Source of the DNA: Gekko japonicus
Taxonomy: Eukaryota
Assembly (NCBI RefSeq): GCF_001447785.1
Contig: NW_015165300.1
Span: 1-64,000, forward strand
Direction of reading: 5' to 3'
DNA length: 64,000 nucleotides
Shown one piece after another: positions 52,101-62,530 of the stretch; within the stretch, counting starts at the first letter, position 1, and each line of letters opens with the position of its first letter. The position numbers were made by a program, and so were the translations under genes. The notes below the pieces were generated by a model. The model worked only from the letters and a program-made list of their open reading frames with translations. It searched no databases and was not told the DNA's origin.

Positions 52101-52918
52101 GGAGGGGAGGGAAGTCCAGGTTTTGCATGCAGACAGCTCTCGGGTAGCAGTGCTGGGACTGCCCCTTCTCTGCCTGGAGCCCGTAGGAGACAGGACTGAG
52201 CAAGAGGACAGTTTTGTGTATTCATGTATGAAGTTTCTGGAATGCAGTGGGAACTGTGTTGAGAGCTTGGTGTGTGCCTGATGGCATCACAGCAGAGCAT
52301 GGAAAGAGGGCCGCAGCAGAGAATTTACTCTTACGAACAGGTTACTGCTTCAGCTCTGAGTGTTTCCTAAACTAGCCTACCAGCCTACCTTGGAGAGCAG
52401 AAAAGGGGGTAAAAGCCTTGCCCTCTACTCAGCTCTGATTCTCTACTCCCAGGATGAAGACGAGGATGTGTACAAGAGAGACTTCAGTGCCCCGACTTTG
52501 GAGGATCATTTCAACAAAACCATCTTGCCAAAAGTCATGCAGGTGAGAAGAGCCCTTGCTGGGTGGGGGATGGAGTCACTGCCTGGGTTCGTTAGGAAAT
52601 GGGGCCTGTGGCTAACTTGGATTTTTCCATATGTGTCTGTTCCCCCCCCCCCCAATGCCTCTCCTGAAATCTTAAGTGATTCTTTGACCACTGCTCAAAG
52701 TTACCCTTTTCTTAAGATTCTCTTCTGTTCTCCAGGTTAAGAACTTTGGACGTTCTGGACGGACTAAGTACACACACCTGGTGGACCAGGATACCACCTC
52801 CTTTGACTCTGCCTGGGGCCAGGAGAGTGCACAGAATACCAAGTTCTTCAAGCAGAAGGCAGCCGGGGTGCGGGATGTCTTTGAGAGACCCTCTGCCAAG
52901 AAACGGAAGGTGAACTGA
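49007..52918 (+). CDS. MFAP1: Microfibrillar-associated protein 1 (spliceosomal B-complex protein); 9 exons
   Basis: Exons 49007-49088 ([28 protein letters not shown]), 49500-49719 ([20 protein letters not shown]), 49944-50073, 50350-50537, 50826-50934, 51023-51183, 51923-52082 ([13 protein letters not shown]), 52453-52542, 52736-52918 ([15 protein letters not shown]...TGA). All introns GT-AG and phases consistent. Confidence 0.97.
49219..49485 (+). mobile_element. Squam3-like SINE in MFAP1 intron 1, sense, abutting the exon 2 acceptor
   Basis: ccagtttggtgtggtggttaag ... GGTTCGATTCC B-box ... gtataaatccaatc. Direct repeat TCTCCTCCTC at 49207-49216 and 49486-49495. Confidence 0.88.
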
Positions 52919-53237
52919 AGGGGAGAGAGCGGTGCAGAGTGTTGGAGGGGGGCTTGGCAGTTGCCCTGATGCTTGGGAGGGGTCGTGGAATTTTGGCACA
53001 GGTCTGGGCCAGAGCCATTTCCCCCCTCGCTCCATAGAGGCCAGATCTCCCTTGGTGGGGTAGAGCAGCGGACAAGCCAGTCAGCACCAACTGAGTAGGC
53101 TCCTGATCCCCCTGCTGCAGAACTGCTGCCTGGCTACAGGTCCTGGTCATAGCACTGGGGGGGGGGGTGCTTTTTTGACAGATTGTAAATTTTTTTTTTG
53201 TTCTTTATGCAAGCGAGGGAAAGTAAAATGAAACCAT

Positions 53238-53243
53238 ATTAAA
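53238..53243 (+). terminator. Probable MFAP1 polyadenylation signal (ATTAAA)
   Basis: ATTAAA 320 nt after the stop, followed by T/GT-rich sequence. Alternative AATAAA hexamers occur at ~53749 and ~54202. Confidence 0.4.
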
Positions 53244-54338
53244 GGGTTTTTTAAACAATACTGCTGCTGTGCTGCTTGATGGTGGGCGGGAGGAAGCGCT
53301 GTGACAGCTGTAACTAAGGCCTGCGGGTGGCAGAAGTGAAGCTCTGACGATGTGGCCTCTGTGGCTTGATGCAAACACCCAGCTGGGGCTGAGGCCTCAT
53401 CAGTTTTCTCCTTGTCCCTAACAGGGCTGTGCTCATTTCCATAAGATGACTGGCAGTTTTTAAAATAGGTTAACAGTCAGATGATGGGGACTGCTGGTAT
53501 GTCCTCTGTGCCCATAGTTTAACTGTCTTCATACCACAACATGCCAGCCACGGCCTGCCACAGAAACTGAAAGCATAAACTTGAGTGACAGATGGAAGTC
53601 AGACTCTCCATGCACAAGTTAGTAGGGAAAACGTAGTCGGTAAAATCCAAAACTAAAAGCAAAATCCACATAATACCTTTCACTCCACACAACTGTCTGC
53701 AAGCTGTCAAGTTATCCAGAACCCTTCAGCAAACAGGAAGTAATGAAAAATAAAAGCAGGTGTGAGCTTCAGAGCTGGTCCTGTGTAAAATGCTGAGCAG
53801 CTCTGCAAGGTTGCAGCCATTGCACTTAATGCTGGAGATGATGAAGCAAAGGTGATCCATTGGCATTAGTCAACTGGAGCCACCTTTGGGCAGTTTTGCC
53901 CAAAGACCACCAAGTGCTTCTCCGCTCTCAGCCATCAAAGGATCTGCCTACCCGTCCTCCTGTTAAGAGACATTTGGTCTATTACTGGCCTTTATGTTTC
54001 CTATCGCAAGAATCTTTTTGTTTATTACTTGCTCCCAGAATGCCAACAGTGCATCAAGGACCAGCTCACGACCTGCAAAAATCTGCTGCCCCAGCCCCCC
54101 TTTATATATTGTTTTTGTAACATGCAGTCTGATTAAGCTTGTACACTGTTTTGTGTTATAGTATGTTTTATTAAGCCAACAAAAATGTTATTTTGGACAT
54201 TAATAAAGATGTTCCATTCATGTGGAAGAGCTAATAGGTCTGTTTCTAACACCAGTCTTACCCCACAGAAGGGGTAGAGGTCATACAGTGGATCCTGTTC
54301 AATCCCATGTAAACCACATCGTGTTGCAAATGCCACTT

Positions 54339-54344
54339 TTTATT
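54339..54344 (-). terminator. Probable HYPK polyadenylation signal (AATAAA)
   Basis: Plus-strand tttatt about 85 nt downstream of the HYPK stop codon. Confidence 0.45.
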
Positions 54345-54427
54345 CCAGTAGCTTTAATGTGTTGAGGACAGTACACCACATGCTGAAAAAAAGGCAACAT
54401 TCTTTCTCTCCCTTGGTAAATCAGCTC

Positions 54428-56549
54428 TCAATTGGTAAGTGTGATTAGTGCCTCCACGACATTTCCCATGTGTTCCCGTAAGCTGCGCTCAGCCGCTGCC
54501 CTGGATATCTCCATCTCGTTCATCTATCAGGAAAACAGAAAAAAAAGTTGGGGCTGCACCTGCCAAGACGTGCACCTGTAGAGAGGTGTTCCCATAAACC
54601 ACAGACAAAACTAAGCCTCACAATCAGCTCCAAATCTTCTTTCTTGATAGTAACTTTGGCCAGTTCCTTCTCTCTGAAAGCAAAAGGAAAAACTATTCAG
54701 GGCCCCCAGGCAACATCCAACTCCACAATTAATTCCCTGCAGGGATGCTCGACAGTCTTACACTAGCATTTGTGCCTGCAGCACAATGAACAGAAGCAGA
54801 ATTCTGGTGTTGAATTAGCAAATTGAAGTTTCTTCTGCTGCTACTGTAAAGCAAGCGACAGAACTCAAAGATGTAATAAGGATTTAAGGCTAAATCTTTT
54901 CTTAACATTTGAAACAGTCAAAACAGTTTTAAATTTGCTGCTGCTTTATGAAAAAAGCCAAATGCGGTCTCAAACTTGGCTGTAGCTATAGGAATCTGTT
55001 TTGGCACCAAGCCATGTTCATAGCCTGTGGCTGACACACTTAGCAACTCCTACAGGCGTGGCTGTGAAAGCGGCTGATGTGTCTGTCCAATGACAAGAAG
55101 AACTCACCGTTCCTGCTTTGCTTTCTGCTCTCTGGATCTTCGGTCTCCTATCACAGACATGGCCTGTCAGAGGGAGGTAATTCCAGAATATGTGATAAAT
55201 TCATCAAGTGCCTACCAAACTATCCACATGATATACTTTACACATAAGATCCTATAGAGGAGCCATGCTGGATCATACACACAATCCATCTAGTCCAGCA
55301 GCCTCTTTCCTTACTCAGATGCCAGCCCACATGTGGGCCTGCAGATTTCTCCCCAGCATGGCATGATCAGAGGTATGCTGCATCTGAACCTAAAGACCCC
55401 ATTTGGCTACCATGGCTAATAACCAACAGATCTAGTTCATGGCAATGAGCCCTACAAGTCAGCCACACACTAGTAATATGGGAGAAGTTGAAAAGTTATT
55501 TCTCTGTGTGTATCATAAATTCTGTAGACTTCCATCACGTCATCCCTCAATCACCTTTACTTAAACTAAAAAGCAACAAGTGACTTTTTCTTTAATTTTC
55601 CCAGCTCTTCAATTTAAAAATGTGTCATCCAAAACTGTACACATGATTCCAAATGAGGCCTCACTGGGAGATGGTATAAGGGTGGACTTACTGAATTTAT
55701 TGGAAAAGACAACAACCCTCTTAAAAACAGATCAGAATGGGTAGTTGTGCTAGTCTATAGCAGTAGAAAAGAGTAAGAATCCAGTAGCAGCTTGAAGACT
55801 AACAAAAATTGTGGAAGGGTATGAGTTTTCATGAGACACGGCTCACTTCAGATACAGCTAGAATGTGAGTCCATCTGTCCTTATATCTTGGAGTGGAGTG
55901 ATTTTAGATGCCAAATGACAACAGGAGGTGTGATTGGATGAGGTGTGATATGCAGGGGGATAGTAGGTGTTGAGAAATCAACATTGGTAACGAGACAGGA
56001 AACCTAGGTCTCAATTCAGTCCAGGAGGATGCATTGTCTGGACCTGCATTATCAGTGGCAATTCAGCAGTCTGAATCCAGCTTCATGTGTGTTGTTGATT
56101 TGAATCACTTGGCAGAGCAGGGCTTCCCTGTACAGAAGCCACACTTTAGCAACATTCAGTCGGCTATGTATTAGCACTTGGAGCAGGTCCAGCAGGAAAA
56201 TGACCATGCTCACAAATGGAAATAAAGCAACAGGCTGGCCAAGGATCTGACCTGGGAATGGATCTACTGAAAGTGATGGGGGGTGGGGGGGTTGCGGCAC
56301 GGCCGCTGCTCGGGAAGGTGAGAAAACCAGCTGAGCCAGAAGGACGGGCAGCGTAATTAACTAGGGAGCGTCCCGCCTTCTTCGCCGCGCGTCATGGCTC
56401 AGAAGCGGCCAGACAGAGCTGCCCCCGTGCCTGCACGGCCGGCTGGACGGCCTGGGAATCTCCCCGCGGGCGCCGCCGGCCACGGCCAGACCCCGGCGGG
56501 CCCTCCCACCCCCCTCCAGCTCCAGCTCCACATCGCCCTCGGCCGCCAT
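54428..56549 (-). CDS. HYPK: Huntingtin-interacting protein K (NatA-associated chaperone); exon 1 partly garbled
   Basis: ATG 56549 (MAAEGDVELELE). Intact exons 55163-55108 (AMSVIGDRRSREQKAKQER), 54673-54622 (EKELAKVTIKKEDLELI), 54523-54428 (MNEMEISRAAAERSLREHMGNVVEALITLTN*). The 3' end of exon 1 cannot be resolved. Sits between MFAP1 and SERINC4, as in human. Confidence 0.9.
55250..55700 (-). mobile_element. Old CR1 fragment in HYPK intron 1
   Basis: Degenerate motifs gccatgctggatca...tccatctagtccagca and ccaaaactgtacaca...ttccaaatgaggcc. Confidence 0.45.
55722..56075 (-). mobile_element. Penelope-like element 3' end (pLTR) in HYPK intron 1
   Basis: Minus strand TAELPLIMQ...PPGLN matches the fragment at 1950. 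Typical terminal sequence ...ttgttagtcttcaagctgctactggattcttactcttttctactgctatagactagcac. Confidence 0.7.
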
Positions 56550-56830
56550 CGCCCCGCCGCACGCCGCTTCCGTCGCGCGAGACTGCGCGTTTCCGGAAGC
56601 GACGCTTCCCCTCGGGGGCCCCGTCTGATAGGACTTCCTCTTCCCGTCTCAGGGCGGGGCTTGAGAGACAGCCCTGCGATGACGACTTCGCCTTCTGCGT
56701 GGGTGGGGCGGGCGGGCGGCCGCGGCGGAGGAGGAGGAGCTGACTCAGCGGCGCAGAGCGTCTTCCTGGCGCAGGCGCAGTGCCAGTTGCGGGGACATCG
56801 TCATCTTGTTGTTGATGTTGTTGTTGTTGT
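56380..56830. promoter_or_regulatory. CpG-island promoter of HYPK, possibly bidirectional toward SERINC4
   Basis: CpG-rich. Contains TTCCGGAAG (~56591), GGGCGGGG GC-boxes, an NRF1-like GCGCAGGCGCA (~56769) and TGACTCA (~56741). Confidence 0.65.
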
Positions 56831-57104
56831 TTCTGGGTCGGCCAATCCCTGACAAGCCTCTGGGCGATCTACAAAGGGGTTAAAAACAATAAAAAATTAC
56901 CGACTGAAGCCAACAAATCAGCTATTCTTAGTTTCACAGTCTCCAGGTGGCCTCCCTGATTTAAATTCCAAAAGCTGCTCTGGGCTGTTCTGCCTCCTGG
57001 GCAGGCCAAGGAGGAGGCCGGAGCGAGGGGAAGGGGCGCTCCCAGCCCCCACCCGCCTCCCCCTCGCTGGAGGCCGGCGCCTGGGGCCCCTTTATGCCGC
57101 TCAG

Positions 57105-57312
57105 CAGGGTCCCCTCTAAGCCGAGTCAGTGTGAGCCAGCTCACAGGTTTTTAGCCTCCAGCTCACCCCTTTTTGCCTTCGCTCAGGGAGGATGGGGCTC
57201 CAGAGCAAACTGGTTTAGGCAGGAGCCAAACGGCTCGCTCACAAGTTCAAGGCCAGTAGCTCAGAAAGTAGGATTTTTGCTCACAGGACTCCACAGCTTA
57301 GAGGGGGCATTC
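57105..57312. mobile_element. MITE family A copy
   Basis: cagggtcccctctaagccgag ... ccacagcttagagggggcatt. No clear TSD. Confidence 0.75.
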
Positions 57313-58281
57313 CTCCCCACCCGTGGTGGCTCATTCGCAGCTGTTGTCTGTGGATGCCCTGGAAGTTTCCATGCCCACCTCCCCAAAATAAACCAGAGGG
57401 GCTGCTGTCTCTGTCACAAGTTCACTGGGGTGGCGGCGGCGGGGCTGGAAGGTGGGATTTTAAACACACACAGCATCTGGATCCCCAGTGATTTTGGTGC
57501 CTTGTTGGATCGTAAGGGGATGGCGGTCTCTTAGGGACACCATTATTTCTAGGGTTCTCTGAGTTCATTATTTCTCTGAGTTCTCTGCGGTGCAGTGCTT
57601 TTGATTTTGTCACCCGCTTTGGGCACCAATTGTCTGGGAGAAAGGTGGACCCGGAAGTGTCTTAAAGAAAGAATTGCTGCAAAAAGAGGGAAACACCACT
57701 AACGCTTGCCTGATCCAAGCCAGCACCAAGGCCTGTGGGGGGGGGGGGCCTGCAGATCTGCGGGGGGGGAAGGGTTGTGGGGGCCTTCCCTCCTGCCCTC
57801 CCTGGAGGGTCTGCATTCAGACCCCCCGCCCTTGGTCTTCAGCGGCTGGCCGTGCCTTTTGCCTCCAAGGTGACTTCGGGTAAGAAGGGCCCTTGTCACC
57901 TGCCCCCAGGGGCACGGCTAAGCGCTCTATTTCTGCCGGCTAAGAGGGTTAACGGGCAGCTTTGGCTCCTGGCCTAATCAGGCACGATGGCCGGTTTCAC
58001 TTGGGGGGTCGGATGAGGAGGGAAGGCCTTCCCCTCCCCCCTGGCCAGTTGCAGGGCTGGAGCGGGCAGGAGGGGGTCCGCCAATCCCTCTGCCTGTTGA
58101 CCGAGGCAGGGAGAGGTCGTGGTGGGAGCCCCCGTGGACTTGTTCTGCTCCTTGCACTCGACAAGCACTAGGCGGAGGGGGGGCCCTGGACCACCGACCC
58201 CCAGGACCCATGACCAGGGGTCCAGACCAGCACACCCAGGCTCTCCCGTGGGGAGCCGGGGGCCTCGGGGCCAGGGCAGGG

Positions 58282-61200
58282 ATGGCGCCCACCTGCTGCG
58301 CGGCTCAGGTAAGCGTGGGGGTGGGAGGCCTCTGGAGGAGGCGGGCCGGGCAGGGATGGGCCCTGACTGCAGGGCGAAGGATGGCGCTGCTCCTGAGCCA
58401 GGCGGCTGCCTTGAGGGTGGGCTCCCAGGACCTCCACTGTGGGGGAGGCAGGAGAAGGGAAAGCTTGCTGGAGAGAGAGAGAGAGAGAGACCGATCCTTC
58501 AAGCAAGGGCTCCCCGGAGGAGACTGTGCAGCTGTGGAGAAGCCTGAGCGGAGAGAGCCAGGGGAGGCTCCTCGCCTTCTGCCAGAGTGGGGCTGGGGCC
58601 TTTGGTGGCTGGCCTGCCCCTGGGCCCTGGCAGCAGGCAGAGAGGGAGGGGGCAGGAAGCCCCCCTCACAGGCGGAGGGGGGAAGCCTTTCTCAGCCGTG
58701 GCTCGGTGGCAAACAGAGGTCCCCAGGGTGGTCTTGCGGGCCCAGAACAAACTCCAGCCGCCCATCCGGCACTCTTGCCTTCCCCCCCCCCCGCCATGGG
58801 CGACCAGATGCTCCCGGAGAGTGAGTTCATTTGCCAGGCCAGTGGGGAAGGGTGTGCCCCGTGGTGCCCCCCCCCCCCCCCGTGCATCCTTTGGCTTCCT
58901 TGGGGGAGAGCAGCGGAGGCTGGGGGCTCAGGGGAGGGAGGGTCACAGTGGCCCCCTAAGGCAGGCAAGGTGCCCGGTCAGCCTCATCCTCTCCCTCCGG
59001 TCCAGGGAAAGGGGGGAACCGGATGCCTCGGGCAGATGTTTGTTTGTTTTAGCTGTATTTATGAATCGCCCCACCCCTGCTACTGCAGGGCTCTGGCCGA
59101 TGTACAGCCACAGATAAAACAAGATAAAAGCAGTTAAAACGTTAATACAACATTAAAGACAGTCAGAGGGTGTCGGCCTCGCAGGAACTCTCAGACGCAA
59201 TAAGTTCCCATTCCGACTCCCGCTGCCGGCAGAACAGATGTGAACAGCAGAGGACGGGAAGGGGGCCAGCCAAGACTGAACCACCGCTGTCCTCAGCCAG
59301 AAACCTGACAGAGCATCTCTGCCTTGCCAGCCCCGCAGAATCGCATCAGATCCCGCAGAACGGCCCTGGTGGGATTTGGCAGAGCGTTCCACCAGGTCAG
59401 GGCCAGGGGGAGAAACCGGGTGGAAGAGGGCAGCAGGAAGCCAGAACCAGGGTCGTGCCACGCCCTGCAGCAGTGTCAACCAGTGAAACAACAGGTCTCT
59501 GGAAGGCAGAGCCACCCACCACGTTTGTTCCGCAGCCCCCGGTCAGTGGAGATTGCGCTGCTGCTGAGCTCTGGCCACCATTCGCCACTGGGCTTCCCCG
59601 TATGGACAGGACAATCCACCGGCAAACAACTTCCGTTGTGCAACAATCATTTGAGATCCAAGGGTGTGTGCACGGAGCCTTAGACAGGTCTCGGGGCAAG
59701 TGTGGGGTGCATTCCAGTCATCTGTACGGCTTCTCTTCCTGACAAGGTGTGGCGGAACAGGCCTGCCCTGACTCACAGACCCTGTTCCGCCAGTCCCCCC
59801 ACCCCTTGGCTCGCCCCAGTTCCTGGAGGGTGCTCTTCCACTTCCTCCCACTAGGGTACCGCTGGCACCCCTGTCCCATGGGGGGGGTCTTCCTGCCAGG
59901 AGGGACAGACTCCTGACCCCCCTCCTCAGACCGAGGCCCTGCCTTTGGTCTCCTGCTCCCCAGCGCCTGCTTACCACAGGGACCAAATCCCTTCTTAGGG
60001 GCGGGGGGCTGGAGGATTGGCAACGGGTACCTGGACTGCTTATTTTTACTTTTTGAAATAAAAGTTAGACCACGCTACTGTAAGAGGGGAGTCCCGGGAA
60101 GGGACAGTGGTGGCAGCGATGCCCTAGTGGGAGGAAGTGGAGGAGCACCCCCTCCAGAAACTGGCGGGAGGAGGGGGGGGGGCTGGCGGGACAGGGTCTG
60201 TGAGTCAGGGCAGGCCTGTTCCGCCACACGAGGTTTTCCCAACGCTGGGCTATGGAGACCTTCCCTGGCCAGTTCCTGCCTTATCAAAACTTCCGTGTAC
60301 AACCAAGGTGGGGGCCCTGCTTGCGACATGTGCCCCAAACAGCAGCTTCCTGGGCCTGCTTCAGTGGGAGAAAGCTGTGCAGGGGAGACGGCTGAGGCGC
60401 TCACGTGCCGCCAGAGTTCCAGTGCGGATTCGGGCACTCTGCCCTCGGGAGGCACCTTCCAGCCTGCCCCCTCCCGGGGCTGTACCTGCCAAAGCGCCCC
60501 GTGTGGCTAGACCCTCAGGTGACTCTTCCTGCTTCTTTGGCCTCCAGGACTCTGACCGCCCCCGCCCCACCTCATGCCTCCCGGCTCAGGTTTCCCTCCG
60601 GCACTTCCTCCCCCCCACCCCCAACTGGCTGCCTGCAGAAAGTGTTGCCAGAGTGTTGTGCCGCTTATGCGCTACCTTTGACAGGGACAAGTTCAGATCG
60701 GCCCGATTGGTCCTCTCCTCGTGGACAACTGGGTTCTCTGGCCTTGCAGTCTTTGGGGTGCTTGGTGTTTTCCAGGCCTTGGCTCTGCATGGGAGGGTCT
60801 CCATTTCCCCCATCCGATAAGGGGAGCATTGGGGTCGCTCAGTGGCTGACCACTGTGACCCGAGAGCGCCTCCCCAGGGCCCAGTTTCATCACACCACTC
60901 AGCGCGGCCTGAGGCAAGCCTCCCTCTTGCAGCCTCAGCTCCCATCTGCAGTAGGGGGATAGCCCTACCCTGCTGCCTCATGGGGCTGGTGTGAAGACTG
61001 TGACTACAGCCGCTTGTGCCTCCAACTCGGGGCCAGGACAGGGATGGGCTATAAGGAACTCAGGTTCGGGTGCAGGACAGGCCTCCTCTAAGGCACTAAG
61101 GGTGGTGACCATTGTTCCCTCTAAGCTGAGTTAGTGGGAGCTAGCTCACAGCTTTTTAGCTTCTGGCTCACACATTTTTGTCTCAGCTCAGGAAGGAGGG

Positions 61201-62498
61201 CTCCAGAGCAAGCTAATGCATGCCGTAGTCAAATCGCTTGCTCACAACTTTTACACCAGTCGCTCACAAAATAGAATGTTTGCTCACAAGACTCCACAGC
61301 TTAGAGGGAACATTGGTGGTGACTGGCCCAAGTCCCAGCAGGCTACAGCTCTGGGCCCGGGCCTCCCCAGTTCTCCTCTAAACCACCGGTCCATCAGGAT
61401 GGCTTGGACTCCCCAGAGCTTTGCCCCCAAGGGGTCTTCCCCCGCCACTCTTGGCAGCCTCCGTGGTGGGCCCAATTGCAGACGGGCCGGAAGGGCTCCG
61501 CTCCCGCAGAAGGGAGGCAGGAGCCATCACGTGAGCCCACCGGCAGAGCCTGAAATCCTCCCCTCGGCAGCCAGATGGATTGGGGGGGGGCGCCAAGGCA
61601 GAGCCCTTTGGGCAGGTCTGCTGACTCTCACGTTGCCGTCTGGCCCAGAGGAAGGGGAAGTGTGTCAGGTTCCAGGAAAGCAGGAGGAGGAGGAGGCGCA
61701 CCGGCTGCGCACATGCGGAGCAAGCATGGAGACCTGCCCGCCAGAATAAAGCAAGTCCTTTGGTTTGCCCAGGCAGGGAGGGCAGGCAGGGAGGGCAGGC
61801 AGGCAGGCACACCGAGCATCGCTTGGGTGGGTTCTCAAAGGAGGGCTGAGCACTAACAGGGTGGGACGCCACGCCAGCAGTACCCACAGATGGCTGAGCT
61901 GCAGGGCACTTCTTTTTCTAAGAGGGTGCTTGATTTCCAGCCCCTGGCATTTCAGGCTCTCCCAGCCCATTCCCTCCCCCTGGCTCTTGCCGAGGCATTG
62001 CCCTCTGCTGTGCTGTGCTGTGCATGGGACAGAATGACAGACCGGGCGAGGGAAACCTGGGCAACCTTCTCCCGCGGCTGCTTGTGTGTGTTTGCCTGAT
62101 CAGCACAGAGCCCTGTAGCAGCTGGTGGGGGGGCGTGCTGGGCTCGGTGGGGGGGGCCTTTCTTGCCCACCCCCCCCCCCCCCCCCGCAGGGGGGGGGGG
62201 GTGGGGGCCGGGGGGGGGGGGCCTTTTTTCCCCCCCCCCCCCCCCCCAGCAGCAGGTGGCAGCTGAGCCTCCCAATCCCCCCTAATCCTTGAGGAAGAGG
62301 CGGTGGCACCACGGGGCTCTCCCCTCACCGTCCAGGGCTGAGATGCTGAGCCCGGGAGGCTTGCCGGGTGGGCTGACCGGAGTCCCGTCCCGAAGGCACC
62401 GGATTCCCACCCGGGCCCCGTCTCCTTATAGTCCAGGTGTTGAGGCACAAATCCCCTGGCAAGATGTGGTGTCGCCAGGTAAGCCTCCCAAGTCCCAA

Positions 62499-62530
<32 letters not shown>

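Noticed and set aside
62160-62250. Alternating poly-C/poly-G tracts as a functional G-quadruplex or hairpin
   Set aside because: Homopolymer runs are common throughout the window and are of doubtful sequence accuracy.
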